A stretch of DNA of 64,000 nt from an uncultured Actinomycetota bacterium (GTDB lineage: Bacteria > Actinomycetota > Actinomycetes > Actinomycetales > Microbacteriaceae). The notes under the pieces are model-generated. The model searched no databases and was not told where the DNA came from. It was given only the letters and a program-made list of their open reading frames with translations. Position 1 is the first letter of the stretch; the number at the start of each line of letters is the position of its first letter. The position numbers and the translations under genes are program-made. Below are positions 19,442-29,861 of the stretch, one piece after another. The stretch is taken from assembly GCA_963701365.1 (NCBI GenBank), contig CAVOZX010000027.1:8998-72997 (forward strand), in the 5' to 3' direction.

Positions 19442-21118
19442 ATGGCACCCACGGTCTACGACCCGCCCCCGCTCGCGCCGGACACCCTGCGGGTGACCCC
19501 GCTCGGAGGTCTCGGCGAGGTCGGCCGGAACATGACCACGTTCGAGTTCGCCGGCAAGATCCTGGTGGTGGATTGCGGCGTGCTCTTCCCCGAGGCCGAA
19601 CAGCCCGGCGTCGACCTGATCCTCCCGGACTTCGCGCCGCTGCGGAGCCGGCTGGACGACATCGTCGGGGTCGTTCTCACGCACGGTCACGAGGACCACA
19701 TCGGCGCCGTGCCCTACCTGCTGAAGCTCAAGCCGGATCTGCCGCTGATCGGATCGTCCCTGACTCTCGCGCTCGTCGAGGCGAAGCTCAAGGAGCACCG
19801 CATCTCGCCGTACACCCTCACCGTCCGAGAGGGCCAGGTCGAACGGGTAGGACCGTTCGACCTGGAGTTCGTGGCAGTGAACCACTCGATCCCCGACGCG
19901 CTCGCCGTCGCCATCCGCACCCCGGCGGGGCTTGCGCTGACCACCGGGGACTTCAAGATGGACCAGCTCCCGCTCGACGGGCGCCTCACCGACCTGCGAT
20001 CCTTCGCCCGCCTGGGGGAGGAGGGCGTCGATCTCTTCCTGGTCGATTCCACCAATGCGGACGTACCGGGATTCACACCGCTGGAGCGTTCGATCGGCCC
20101 GGTACTGGACCAGATCATCGGGCGGGCGCCGCGACGGGTGATCGTGGCGAGCTTCTCCAGCCACGTGCACCGGGTGCAGCAGGTGGTGGACGCGGCCGCC
20201 GCGCACGGCCGCCGGGTGGCGTTCCTCGGCCGCAGCATGGTGCGGAACATGACGATCGCCCAGGACCTGGGGTACCTGCAGGTCCCCGACGGCGTGCTGA
20301 TCGACTACAAGAAGGCCACCGACCTGCCCGACGACCGCATCGTCTACATGTCCACGGGCTCCCAGGGGGAGCCGATGGCGGTGCTCAGCCGGATGGCCAG
20401 CCTCGACCACGAGATCGAGCCGGGACCGGGTGACACCGTGATCCTGGCCTCGAGCCTCATCCCGGGCAACGAGAACGCCGTGTATCGCGTGATCGACGGG
20501 CTGACCAAGCTCGGCGCGAGCGTCGTGCACAAGGCCAACGCGCAGGTGCACGTGTCCGGGCACGCCGCCGCGGGTGAACTGCTGTACTGCTACAACATCG
20601 TCCGCCCCCGCAATGTGCTGCCCGTGCACGGCGAGTACCGCCATCTCATGGCGAACGCTCGGCTCGCCCAGGACACGGGCGTGCCGGCCGACAGAGCGCT
20701 GCTGGCCGACAACGGCACGGTCGTCGACCTCCACGACGGCGTCGCCCGGATCGTCGGCCAGCTCGACCTCGGGTTCGTCTACGTCGACGGTTCGTCCGTC
20801 GGGGCGATCACCGAGGCCGACCTGAAGGACCGTCGCATCCTCGGCGAGGAGGGGTTCATCTCGGTGATCGTGGTCGTGGACGCCGCCACCGGACGCGTCA
20901 TCAGCGGTCCCGAGGTGCACGCTCGGGGGGTCGCGGAGCACGAGGGGGTCTTCGAAGACGTCAAGCCGAAGATCGCGGCGGCGCTGGCGGAGGCCGCCGA
21001 GGCCGGCGTGCGAGACACCCATGCCCTCTCCCAGGTGGTCCGGCGCACACTCGGGCGGTGGGTGAACCAGCGGCTCCGCCGGCGCCCGATGATCGTGCCG
21101 CTGGTCATCGAGGCCTGA
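19442..21118 (+). CDS. rnj: Ribonuclease J
   Basis: PLGGLGEVGRNM, THGHEDHIG, VNHSIPD, TGSQGEP, HVSGH and RRRPMIVP. Confidence 0.95.
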   Translation: MAPTVYDPPPLAPDTLRVTPLGGLGEVGRNMTTFEFAGKILVVDCGVLFPEAEQPGVDLILPDFAPLRSRLDDIVGVVLTHGHEDHIGAVPYLLKLKPDLPLIGSSLTLALVEAKLKEHRISPYTLTVREGQVERVGPFDLEFVAVNHSIPDALAVAIRTPAGLALTTGDFKMDQLPLDGRLTDLRSFARLGEEGVDLFLVDSTNADVPGFTPLERSIGPVLDQIIGRAPRRVIVASFSSHVHRVQQVVDAAAAHGRRVAFLGRSMVRNMTIAQDLGYLQVPDGVLIDYKKATDLPDDRIVYMSTGSQGEPMAVLSRMASLDHEIEPGPGDTVILASSLIPGNENAVYRVIDGLTKLGASVVHKANAQVHVSGHAAAGELLYCYNIVRPRNVLPVHGEYRHLMANARLAQDTGVPADRALLADNGTVVDLHDGVARIVGQLDLGFVYVDGSSVGAITEADLKDRRILGEEGFISVIVVVDAATGRVISGPEVHARGVAEHEGVFEDVKPKIAAALAEAAEAGVRDTHALSQVVRRTLGRWVNQRLRRRPMIVPLVIEA

Positions 21119-21138
21119 TCCCGTCCTACGATGCCGCC

Positions 21139-21633
21139 ATGGTCCCGGTCTACAGCATCCGTCCGGCGCGGCAGGCCGACGGGTCGTTCCTGGCCGACAT
21201 GGTGGTCGAGGCTGCGAACTGGCGGGCCGGCGCCTCCAGGCCCCGTCATGCCGTGCTCGCCGATCCCGGGTACAGCAGATACCTCGCCGGGTGGATGCGG
21301 CCGGGGGATGCGGGTGTGGTGGCGGAGGACGAGCGGGGGGAACCGATCGGCGCGGCGTGGTACCGCACGCTGCCGCGGAACGAGCCGGGGTTCGGCTACG
21401 TCGCGGTGGGCGTGCCGGAACTCATCACCGGGGTGAGGCCGCTTTGGCGCGCCCACGGCGTCGGCCGAGCGCTGCTGCGCCGCCTGGTGGAGACGGCGCA
21501 GCGCCGGGGTTACGCACGCCTGAGCCTGAGCGTGGAGCGCGGCAACTTCGCGTTCACGCTCTATCGCAGCGAGGGATTCGCGGTCACCGCGCCCGGCGTC
21601 GGGCGCGACACGATGGTGAAGCGCCTGAACTGA
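21139..21633 (+). CDS. GNAT-family N-acetyltransferase
   Basis: IGAAWYR, GFGYV, WRAHGVGRALL and LSLSVERGN...LYRSEGF. Confidence 0.85.
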   Translation: MVPVYSIRPARQADGSFLADMVVEAANWRAGASRPRHAVLADPGYSRYLAGWMRPGDAGVVAEDERGEPIGAAWYRTLPRNEPGFGYVAVGVPELITGVRPLWRAHGVGRALLRRLVETAQRRGYARLSLSVERGNFAFTLYRSEGFAVTAPGVGRDTMVKRLN

Positions 21634-21687
21634 GACCGTCCGCGTGCCTGCCCGGCGCCGTCCGGGCCCGGCAATAGCGTGGACGTC

Positions 21688-24294
21688 ATGGCGAGATCCA
21701 CCAGCACTGCTTCGCGCGGCCGCGGGCCGGGGAAGGGGTCGCCGGCTCCGCGGCGTGCAGCGGCGCCGGCTCCGAAACGGTACGTCGGGGAGCCGGAACG
21801 GCCGGCACTGGCGGTGCGGGCGTGGCTGGGGCTCGCGCACGCCGCCGGGGGCCTGTTCCGGGCGTTCGGCCCGGAGCGGCTGGAGAAGGATCAGCGCCGC
21901 GACGGCTTCCCGTTCCTGCTCCTGCTGATGGCGGTGGCGGGCGCGGTGGTGGAATGGTTCCTCATCGGCGTCCCCGCCGCCGCCGTCCTGAGCGCATTCA
22001 CGGTCGGCGGACTCGTCGGCCGCGTCGCGTTCGTGCTGCCGGTGCTGCTGGTCGCGCTGGCGGGGTGGCTCTTCCGGCATCCGGCATCCGTCACCGACAA
22101 CGGACGGATCGGGATCGGCATGGGGCTCCTCGTCGTCTCGGCCGCCGGGTTCTGCCACGTGTTCGGCGGTCGGCCGGCGCCCAGCGCCGGGATGCCGGCG
22201 CTGAGCGCGGCCGGCGGACTGTTCGGGTGGATGCTGGGCGAGCCGTTGGCGATGCTGCTGACGGGAGGCGGCGCCGCAGTCGCGCTCGCCGTCCTGGCCG
22301 TCCTGGCCGTCCTCATCGTCACGAAGACACCGCCGCACCGCATCGGGCGGCGGATGGGCGACCTGTACGCGTGGATGTTCGGCGCCGACCGAGCGCCCGC
22401 CGAGCCGGCGGCGTCCGGAACGCCCGCACCCGAGTCGGGCGCGTCCGCGGAGTCCGCGCTCCCGTGGTGGCGGCGCAACCGCACCGGCCGGGAGGAGGAC
22501 TCCGCGGCGACGCCGCTGGAGACGCAGGACCTGACCGAACTGCTGTTCTCGGGAGGGCAGGACCACTCCGGATTCGGTCAGACCGTGACGGAGCCGGAGG
22601 ATCTCACCGAGGTGATCGATGCCACTGTGCTCGATCACGCATCTCGCGCCGCCGGCCGATCCGGCGGCACGGCCCTGCAGGGCGATTCGGACACGGGGGA
22701 GCAGCCGAGCGTTCCGATCGCCTCCGGCTTCGGCACCACCGGCGACCGCCGTCCGCCCTCCGCCGCCTACGCCCTGCCGGCGCTGGCCGCGCTGGCCACC
22801 GGCACCCCCTCGCAGACCCGCTCCGCGGCCAACGACGACGTGGTGCGGGCCCTGACGGGAGTGCTCGAACAGTTCGGAGTGGACGCGCACGTCACCGGCT
22901 TCTCGCGGGGGCCCACCGTCACCCAGTACGAGATCGAACTGGGCGTCGGCGTGAAGGTGGAGCGGATCACCGCGCTCACGAACAACATCGCGTACGCGGT
23001 CGCCTCCAACGAGGTGCGGATCCTCGCGCCGATCCCCGGCAAGAGCGCGATCGGCGTGGAGATACCCAACGCGGATCGCGAGATCGTCACGCTCGGGGAC
23101 GTGCTGCGCTCGGGTCCGGCGCAGAAGGCCACCCACCCGATGTCCATCGGGGTGGGCAAGGACGTCGGGGGCGGCTTCGTCGTCGCCAATCTCGCCAAGA
23201 TGCCCCACCTCCTCGTGGCCGGTTCCACCGGGTCGGGTAAGTCGAGCTTCGTGAACTCCATGATCACGAGCCTGCTCATGCGCGCCCGGCCGTCCGAGGT
23301 GCGGATGGTCCTCATCGACCCCAAGCGCGTCGAGCTGGCCGCGTACGCGGGCGTGCCGCACCTGATCACCCCGATCATCACCAATCCCAAGAAGGCCGCG
23401 GAGGCGCTGCAGTGGGTGGTGAAGGAGATGGACCTGCGGTACGACGATCTGGCGTCGTTCGGGTTCCGGCACATCGACGACTTCAACCGCGCGGTCGTCG
23501 CGGGCACGGTCCCCCTCCCGCCCGGGAGCGAGCGGGTGCTGAAGCCCTACCCGTACCTGCTCGTGGTCGTCGACGAGCTCGCAGACCTCATGATGATCGC
23601 TCCGCGGGACGTGGAGGACTCCATCGTGCGCATCACCCAGCTCGCCCGCGCCAGCGGCATCCACCTGGTGCTGGCCACCCAGCGCCCCTCCGTGGATGTG
23701 GTCACCGGGCTCATCAAGGCGAACGTGCCCTCTCGGCTTGCGTTCGCGGTCACCAGCGTCACCGACTCCCGGGTCATCCTCGACCAGCCCGGCGCCGAGC
23801 GGCTCGTCGGACAGGGGGACGGACTCTTCCTCCCCATGGGCGTGTCCAAGCCCGTCCGCGTGCAGGGCGCATGGGTCAGCGAGGCGGAGATCGCCCGGGT
23901 GGTGGCCCACGTCAGCGGCCAGGCGCAACCCGAGTACCGTCCCGACGTGATCGCCGTCGCCGAGAAGCGGGAGGTGGACGCCGACATCGGCGACGACCTG
24001 GAGGTGCTCCTGGCTGCGGCCGAACTGGTCGTGACCACCCAGTTCGGCTCGACGTCGATGCTGCAGCGCAAGCTCCGCGTCGGGTTCGCCAAGGCCGGCC
24101 GGCTGATGGACCTGCTCGAATCGCGCGACATCGTCGGACCGTCGGAGGGCTCGAAGGCCCGGGACGTGCTCGTCACGCCCGAACAGCTGCCACAGGTGCT
24201 CGAGCGGCTGCGCGGCGGCGGCGACCATGGCATCGCCGGAGCGGCCGACGCCGACGGCGACGAGGACGCCTGGCAACTGACGGGCCGCGGATAG
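21688..24294 (+). CDS. ftsK: DNA translocase FtsK
   Basis: N-terminal TMs, [32 protein letters not shown] and gamma domain [21 protein letters not shown]. Confidence 0.96.
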   Translation: MARSTSTASRGRGPGKGSPAPRRAAAPAPKRYVGEPERPALAVRAWLGLAHAAGGLFRAFGPERLEKDQRRDGFPFLLLLMAVAGAVVEWFLIGVPAAAVLSAFTVGGLVGRVAFVLPVLLVALAGWLFRHPASVTDNGRIGIGMGLLVVSAAGFCHVFGGRPAPSAGMPALSAAGGLFGWMLGEPLAMLLTGGGAAVALAVLAVLAVLIVTKTPPHRIGRRMGDLYAWMFGADRAPAEPAASGTPAPESGASAESALPWWRRNRTGREEDSAATPLETQDLTELLFSGGQDHSGFGQTVTEPEDLTEVIDATVLDHASRAAGRSGGTALQGDSDTGEQPSVPIASGFGTTGDRRPPSAAYALPALAALATGTPSQTRSAANDDVVRALTGVLEQFGVDAHVTGFSRGPTVTQYEIELGVGVKVERITALTNNIAYAVASNEVRILAPIPGKSAIGVEIPNADREIVTLGDVLRSGPAQKATHPMSIGVGKDVGGGFVVANLAKMPHLLVAGSTGSGKSSFVNSMITSLLMRARPSEVRMVLIDPKRVELAAYAGVPHLITPIITNPKKAAEALQWVVKEMDLRYDDLASFGFRHIDDFNRAVVAGTVPLPPGSERVLKPYPYLLVVVDELADLMMIAPRDVEDSIVRITQLARASGIHLVLATQRPSVDVVTGLIKANVPSRLAFAVTSVTDSRVILDQPGAERLVGQGDGLFLPMGVSKPVRVQGAWVSEAEIARVVAHVSGQAQPEYRPDVIAVAEKREVDADIGDDLEVLLAAAELVVTTQFGSTSMLQRKLRVGFAKAGRLMDLLESRDIVGPSEGSKARDVLVTPEQLPQVLERLRGGGDHGIAGAADADGDEDAWQLTGRG

Positions 24295-24303
24295 GCTCGG
24301 ACC

Positions 24304-24879
24304 ATGTCCGTGCCGCGTCAGCTCCCCAACGCGATCACGATCGCGCGCATCCTGGTCGCGCCGATCTTCCTGTGGATGCTGCTCGCCGATGCCGGTGCCG
24401 ACGGTGCGTTGCGCTGGTGGGCCGGCATCCTCTTCGTGGTCGCGATCGCGACGGACGGCCTCGACGGGTACATCGCACGGCGCCACGACATCGTCACCGA
24501 CCTCGGCAAGCTGCTCGACCCGATCGCCGACAAGGCGCTCACCGGCTGCGCGTTCGTGGGACTGTCCATCCTGGGCGAACTGCCGTGGTGGATCACGATC
24601 GTCGTCCTGGTGCGGGAGATTGGCATCACCGTCTACCGGTTCGTGGTCGTCTCGGACCATGTGCTGGCTGCGGCGTGGCTCGGCAAGGCGAAGACGGTGG
24701 CGCAGGCGGTCGCGCTGTCACTGGCGCTTCTGCCGCTGGTCGGACTGCTGGGGACCCCGATGGCGTGGGTCAACGGGATCACGATGACCGTCGCGGTCGT
24801 GCTCACCGTCGTCAGCGGCCTCGACTACGCCGTCAGCGAGTGGCGTCACGCGCGTGCGAAGGCGCGAGGCAGGGCGTGA
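24304..24879 (+). CDS. pgsA: CDP-diacylglycerol--glycerol-3-phosphate 3-phosphatidyltransferase
   Basis: PNAITIARI and TDGLDGYIARR...GKLLDPIADK. Confidence 0.92.
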   Translation: MSVPRQLPNAITIARILVAPIFLWMLLADAGADGALRWWAGILFVVAIATDGLDGYIARRHDIVTDLGKLLDPIADKALTGCAFVGLSILGELPWWITIVVLVREIGITVYRFVVVSDHVLAAAWLGKAKTVAQAVALSLALLPLVGLLGTPMAWVNGITMTVAVVLTVVSGLDYAVSEWRHARAKARGRA

Positions 24880-25406
24880 CATCCGCGTCGGAGTCCCCCC
24901 TCGAACGGACCCGGCTGCTGCCCGGCCGGCGATCGGACACGGAGCGGTTGCTGGATCGGCTGGGCGACCTGGGGTGGACGATCGCCACCGCCGAATCCGT
25001 GACCGGCGGACTGCTCGTGGCGGAACTGGTCTCTGTTCCGGGAGCATCCGAGCACGTGAGGGGCGGGATCGTCGCCTACGCATCGGACGTCAAGCACGCG
25101 CTGCTGGGCGTGGATGCGTCGTTCCTCGCCACCCACGGCGCGGTGCAGCCCAAGGTGGCTCGTCAGATGGCAGACGGGGTGCGCACCGCATTGGCCGAGG
25201 GCGATCGGAAAGTGGACGTGGGTGTGGCGACCACGGGAATCGCCGGGCCGGGCTCGCCGGACGGCCAGCCGGTGGGGACGGTTCACGTGGGCGTGTCGAC
25301 CGCGCTGGGAACCCGGGTGACGTCTCTGCAGCTCGTGGGAGACCGGGATCGGATCCGTACGGAGACGGTCCAGGCGGCCCTGAGAGCAGTTCTCGAGGCG
25401 CTGTGA
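24876..25406 (+). CDS. cinA: CinA C-terminal domain protein (PncC-like NMN deamidase)
   Basis: ATAESVTGGL, VPGAS, TTGIAGP and PVGTVHVG. Confidence 0.85.
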   Translation: MTSASESPLERTRLLPGRRSDTERLLDRLGDLGWTIATAESVTGGLLVAELVSVPGASEHVRGGIVAYASDVKHALLGVDASFLATHGAVQPKVARQMADGVRTALAEGDRKVDVGVATTGIAGPGSPDGQPVGTVHVGVSTALGTRVTSLQLVGDRDRIRTETVQAALRAVLEAL

Positions 25407-25412
25407 ACGCCC

Positions 25413-25440
25413 GGGAATAGGCCCCGTTTCGGGGTGGTTA
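25413..25440 (+). promoter_or_regulatory. SigH/SigR-type ECF promoter upstream of the clgR-like gene
   Basis: GGAAT (25414-18), 18 nt, GTT (25437-39), matching the GGAAT-N18-GTT consensus. Confidence 0.6.
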
Positions 25441-25548
25441 CATTCGGCGATTCTCACCCGGCCCCCAGGCCCGAGGCTTAGATTGAATGCGCCGGGTGCG
25501 GTACGGTTGTCAGCCCGGACCGGCGCTACGGACTTGAGGAGGGGACCG

Positions 25549-25857
25549 ATGATCCTGGTACGCCACGAGATCGGCGAAGTCCTGCGGGACTTCCGGCAGC
25601 AGAAGGGCCGCACCCTGCGTCAGGTCGCCAGCCGCGCCAGTGTCGCGCTGGGCTACCTCAGCGAGGTCGAGCGCGGGCAGAAGGAGGCCTCCAGCGAGAT
25701 CCTCGCGTCGGTGGCGGACGCTCTGGACGTGCCCATCTCCACCATCATGCGCGAGGTCTCCGATCGGCTCTCGGTGCTGGAAGGGCTGCACGTCTTCCCG
25801 GACGTCGTCCCCGACGACCTGGTGGCGGCGATCGAACCGGAACTCTCGCTGCGCTGA
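25549..25857 (+). CDS. clgR: XRE HTH regulator, ClgR-like
   Basis: IGEVLR, RTLRQVA and LGYLSEVERGQKEASSEIL; cinA-clgR-recA synteny. Confidence 0.78.
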   Translation: MILVRHEIGEVLRDFRQQKGRTLRQVASRASVALGYLSEVERGQKEASSEILASVADALDVPISTIMREVSDRLSVLEGLHVFPDVVPDDLVAAIEPELSLR

Positions 25858-26082
25858 ATGCGCCGCAGCGAGTTCGACCGCGCGGTCACGGACGAGTTCG
25901 GTGCGAACGGACCGCATCTGGTGGACGACCTGGTGCTGACCTCGCTCGACGACCGGACGGCTTCCCGCGCGCTCCGTGAGGGCGTGCCGGCGCGCGAGGT
26001 ATGGATCGCGCTGTGTGAGGAGACCGGGGTTCCCGCCGCTCGTCGCCATGGCGTGGGTCGGCTGCAGCCGCGCCGGCACTGA
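25858..26082 (+). CDS. DUF3046 family protein
   Basis: MRRSEF...EFG...DLVL...RTA..AL..G...REVWIALC; usual position upstream of recA. Confidence 0.8.
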   Translation: MRRSEFDRAVTDEFGANGPHLVDDLVLTSLDDRTASRALREGVPAREVWIALCEETGVPAARRHGVGRLQPRRH

Positions 26083-26102
26083 TCCGACACGCCGTCGCGC
26101 CA

Positions 26103-26118
26103 TCGAAGATCCGTTCGA
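26103..26118. promoter_or_regulatory. LexA SOS box upstream of recA
   Basis: TCGAAG-ATCC-GTTCGA, one mismatch to the actinobacterial TCGAAC-N4-GTTCGA. Confidence 0.65.
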
Positions 26119-26189
26119 GAGCGGCGTAGGCTCCTCCTCAGGAGAAGCCGAAGGATGCGTCATGCACCGCCTCGCGAACAGAAGGCCGA

Positions 26190-26211
26190 TGTCCGACCCC
26201 GCTCGTAGCGT
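26190..26211 (+). promoter_or_regulatory. RecA-NDp/PafBC-type promoter upstream of recA
   Basis: TGTCCG-N10-TA-GCG-T versus the consensus TGTCGG-N10-TA-N3-T. Confidence 0.6.
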
Positions 26212-26305
26212 TGCGGGCATCCGGATGGCTTCTCAGCCCTGTCGCGGTATCCGAGGATGCGTCGACAGCCTGTGGGCGACCGACCTCGAGCAGAAGGAGT
26301 AGACG

Positions 26306-27364
26306 ATGCCATCACCTGCGGACCGCGAGAAAGCCCTGGAATCCGCCCTGGCGCAGATCGACCGGCAATTCGGAAAGGGGTCGGTCATGCGCCTGGGAGG
26401 AGATGAACGAGCCCCGGTGGAGGTGATCCCCACCGGCTCCATCGCGCTCGACGTCGCGCTCGGGGTCGGCGGACTGCCCCGCGGCCGGATCGTCGAGATC
26501 TACGGACCGGAGTCGTCCGGCAAGACCACCCTGACGCTGCATGCGATCGCGAACGTGCAGCGCGCCGGCGGGATCGCCGCCTTCATCGACGCGGAGCACG
26601 CGCTGGATCCGGACTACGCGAAGAACCTCGGAGTGGACATCGACCAGCTCCTGGTGTCGCAGCCCGACACCGGTGAGCAGGCCCTCGAGATCGCCGACAT
26701 GCTGATCCGGTCCGGCGCGATCGACCTGGTCGTCATCGACTCGGTCGCCGCGCTCGTGCCCAAAGCCGAGATCGAGGGCGAGATGGGCGATTCGCATGTG
26801 GGTTTGCAGGCGCGGCTGATGTCCCAGGCGCTGCGCAAGCTGACCGGCGGACTGAACCAGACCAAGACCACCGCGATCTTCATCAACCAGCTGCGAGAGA
26901 AGATCGGCGTGTTCTTCGGCTCGCCGGAGACGACCGCGGGCGGCAAGGCACTGAAGTTCTACGCCTCCGTGCGGCTGGACATCCGTCGTATCGAGACGCT
27001 CAAGGATGGCGCGGAGGCCGTCGGCAACCGTACTCGCGTGAAGGTGGTCAAGAACAAGATGGCCCCGCCGTTCAAGCAGGCGGAGTTCGACATCCTGTAC
27101 GGCACGGGCATCTCCCGCGAAGGCAGTCTGATCGACTTCGGCGTCGACCAGGGCATCGTCAAGAAGTCCGGAGCGTGGTACACCTACGACGGCGAGCAGC
27201 TCGGACAGGGCAAGGAGAACGCGCGGGCCTTCCTGATCGCCAACGCCGACGTTGCCGCGGAGATCGAGGAGAAGATCAAGCAGAAGCTCGGGATCGGCAG
27301 ATCCGGCGCGGCATCCGACGCCACCGGCACCGCCGACGAGCTCGCGGCGCGACGACTGGCGTGA
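26306..27364 (+). CDS. recA: Recombinase RecA (no intein)
   Basis: [28 protein letters not shown] and [10 protein letters not shown]; 352 aa; AAGGAG RBS. Confidence 0.99.
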   Translation: MPSPADREKALESALAQIDRQFGKGSVMRLGGDERAPVEVIPTGSIALDVALGVGGLPRGRIVEIYGPESSGKTTLTLHAIANVQRAGGIAAFIDAEHALDPDYAKNLGVDIDQLLVSQPDTGEQALEIADMLIRSGAIDLVVIDSVAALVPKAEIEGEMGDSHVGLQARLMSQALRKLTGGLNQTKTTAIFINQLREKIGVFFGSPETTAGGKALKFYASVRLDIRRIETLKDGAEAVGNRTRVKVVKNKMAPPFKQAEFDILYGTGISREGSLIDFGVDQGIVKKSGAWYTYDGEQLGQGKENARAFLIANADVAAEIEEKIKQKLGIGRSGAASDATGTADELAARRLA

Positions 27365-27371
27365 TGTGGCG

Positions 27372-27938
27372 ATGCATCCGGGCGCCGGAACGGGGCCGAC
27401 GTCGCGCAGGGCGGTCGTGAGCCCGGACACGCCGGCTCCGGTGATCCCGATCGACCGTGGACGCTCGGCACGGCGCGACGGCGGCGCGGCCGAAGCAGAC
27501 CTGCTGCGCCGGCTGCGTGGCCGGTCGCTGTCGATCGTGGAGGCGCATGCGGTGCTCTCGGAGCACGGCATGGATCCTGACGCCGCCGCGGCGATTGTCG
27601 CGGAGTATGTCGACCGGGGGTACCTCGGCGACGATGCGCTCGCCGAGCAGATCACGCACGCCGCGGCGACCCGGCACGGCTGGTCGCGGGCGGCGGTCGC
27701 GCGACAGCTGCAGTCCCGAGGCGTGGACGCGGCCGCGGTCGATGCCGCGCTGGCCGACCTCGGCGATGACGCGGAGCGAGCGCGCGAGATCGCGCGCCGC
27801 CACGCGGCCACCCTGCAGTCTGTGCCCCTCGACACCGCCATCCGCCGCCTTACCGCGCGGCTGCAGCGGCGCGGCTACTCCGCGACCGTCGCCCTGGAGG
27901 CGGCGCGATCCGCTCTGGCGACCATCGATTCGCGGTGA
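27372..27938 (+). CDS. recX: RecX-family regulatory protein
   Basis: Directly after recA; helical repeats GYLGDDALA, RQLQSRGVD and LQRRGYS; start uncertain. Confidence 0.75.
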   Translation: MHPGAGTGPTSRRAVVSPDTPAPVIPIDRGRSARRDGGAAEADLLRRLRGRSLSIVEAHAVLSEHGMDPDAAAAIVAEYVDRGYLGDDALAEQITHAAATRHGWSRAAVARQLQSRGVDAAAVDAALADLGDDAERAREIARRHAATLQSVPLDTAIRRLTARLQRRGYSATVALEAARSALATIDSR

Positions 27939-27986
27939 CAGTGCCGGTGGGGCCTCGGTTGTGACGGGGGCCGCCCCGCCGATACC

Positions 27987-28931
27987 GTGGCAGTCGTGCG
28001 CGCGACACGCGAGGGTTCCGCCATCGACGTGCGCGATCTCGTCAAGCGATACGGGCAGACCACCGCGGTCGACGGCATCTCCTTCGCGGTGCCGTACGGC
28101 GATGTGTTCGCCTTCGTGGGCACCAACGGCGCGGGCAAGTCCACCACCATCGGCTGCCTGACCACCGTGCTCCCCTTCGACCGTGGGCGGGTGTCGGTGG
28201 CCGGGCTCGATGTGCGGACGAGCGGCGAGCAGGTGCGTCGCCGGATCGGCGTGGTGTTCCAGGAGCCGTTGCTGGACCCGCTGCTGACCGTGCGGGAGAA
28301 CCTCGTGCTGCGCGGCGTGCTGTCGGCCATGGCGGGCCCTCGCATCCGGGTCCGGATCGACAGCCTGACCGCGGTGATGGGGATGGAGGACTTCGTCGAC
28401 CAGCGGTACGGCACCCTCTCCGGAGGTCAGAAGCGCCGGGCGGATGTCGCGCGGGCGTTGCTGCACGAGCCGGAGATCGTGTTCCTCGACGAGCCGACGG
28501 CTGGCCTGGACCCGGCCGGGCGCGCCTCCGTCTGGGAGACGCTGCAGCACCTGCGCGCTTCAGGGGAGGTGACCATCTTCCTCACCACGCACTACCTGGA
28601 GGAGACCGAGGAGGCTGATCGGGTCTGCGTCGTCGATCGCGGGCGCGTGGTCGCCGACGACAGTCCGGCCGCCCTGCGGGCCCGTCACAGCCGCAGCATA
28701 TTGCGCATCACGACAGACGATGCGCCGGCACTGCTCGCGCTGGCGGAGCGGTCCGGCGCGAGCGCCGAGCGCGCCGGCGACCGGGTCGAGGTGGGGGTGA
28801 GCGGCGCGGCGACGGCACTGGAGCTGCTGCGATCGCACGGCGAGCACGTCCTCGATTTCGAGTTCCGCCACGGCAGCATGGATGACGTCTTCCTCGCGCT
28901 CACAGGCCTGGCGCCGGAGCGCAACCGGTGA
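27987..28931 (+). CDS. ABC exporter ATP-binding protein (DrrA-like)
   Basis: GTNGAGKST, LSGGQKRR, FLDEPTAGLD and LTTHYLEE; likely start GTG 27996. Confidence 0.9.
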   Translation: MAVVRATREGSAIDVRDLVKRYGQTTAVDGISFAVPYGDVFAFVGTNGAGKSTTIGCLTTVLPFDRGRVSVAGLDVRTSGEQVRRRIGVVFQEPLLDPLLTVRENLVLRGVLSAMAGPRIRVRIDSLTAVMGMEDFVDQRYGTLSGGQKRRADVARALLHEPEIVFLDEPTAGLDPAGRASVWETLQHLRASGEVTIFLTTHYLEETEEADRVCVVDRGRVVADDSPAALRARHSRSILRITTDDAPALLALAERSGASAERAGDRVEVGVSGAATALELLRSHGEHVLDFEFRHGSMDDVFLALTGLAPERNR

Positions 28932-29806
28932 GGGTGGTGCTGGCCCTGACGGGCAGGAACCTGCGCATCTTCTTCCGGGACCGCATGAACGTGGTCTTCT
29001 CGCTCCTGGGCGCCCTGATCCTCTTCGGTCTCTACGCTCTGTTCCTCGGGAACCTGCAGGTGGAGGGTCTCGCCCAGTCGCTGCCGGGCGCCGCGACGGC
29101 GGACGTGCGCGTGTTCGTGGACAGCTGGATGTTCGCGGGAGTCGTCCTCATCACGACCGTCACGTCGGGCCTCGGCTCGCTCGCGGCCGTCGTGGACGAC
29201 ACGCAGTCGGGGAGGTTCCGCGAGTTCCTCGTCGCCCCGGTCCGACGGGCCCAACTCGTGGCGGGGTATCTGCTGGCCGCGGTGGTCGTCGCCGTCGCCA
29301 TGTCCGCGGTGGTGCTCGCCGCGTCCCTCGCCTACCTCGGTCTGCTGCGCGGATCCTGGCTCGATCCCGGCGACGTGCTCCGCGTGCTCGGAGTCATGAT
29401 CCTGTCCTGCATCGCCTTCACCGCGTTCTCGGCCCTGATGGTGTCCTTCGTGCGCACCGTCGGCGCGTTCTCGGCGCTGGCGACCATCGTCGGAACGGTG
29501 CTCGGCTTCATCGCCGCCGCATACCTGCCCATGGGTGCGCTGCCCTCCACCGTCGGATCCGTGGTGGCGGCCCTGCCGTTCGCACAGGCCGGGATGCTGC
29601 TGCGTCGCGAATACTCCGGCGATGCGCTGGAACGGGTGACGGCGCAGGCGCCCGGGGCGCTCCCCGAGCTGCGCTCCTACTTCGGCCTGGATCTGGAGGT
29701 GGGCGGCTGGGACGTTCCCGTGTGGGGCGTGCTGGCATCCTTGCTGGTGCTCACAGCGGTGTGCGCGGCCGTGTCCGTGTTGCGGATCCGGCGCCGCATC
29801 CGCTGA
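28928..29806 (+). CDS. ABC-2 type exporter permease
   Basis: RNLRIFFRD and about six TM helices; coupled to the ATPase gene. Confidence 0.87.
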   Translation: MRVVLALTGRNLRIFFRDRMNVVFSLLGALILFGLYALFLGNLQVEGLAQSLPGAATADVRVFVDSWMFAGVVLITTVTSGLGSLAAVVDDTQSGRFREFLVAPVRRAQLVAGYLLAAVVVAVAMSAVVLAASLAYLGLLRGSWLDPGDVLRVLGVMILSCIAFTAFSALMVSFVRTVGAFSALATIVGTVLGFIAAAYLPMGALPSTVGSVVAALPFAQAGMLLRREYSGDALERVTAQAPGALPELRSYFGLDLEVGGWDVPVWGVLASLLVLTAVCAAVSVLRIRRRIR

Positions 29807-29861
29807 GCCGGTCCCGCCGTCCCGGGTCCGCCGCGACCCTCGCCGCGTAGGATGGGAGGCC

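Noticed and set aside
20779-24660. 1293-aa minus-strand ORF
   Set aside because: Antisense shadow of rnj, GNAT, ftsK and pgsA. Stop codons are scarce at this GC content, and no protein motifs are recognisable.
26306-27364. RecA intein
   Set aside because: The protein is 352 aa and continuous, with no insertion.
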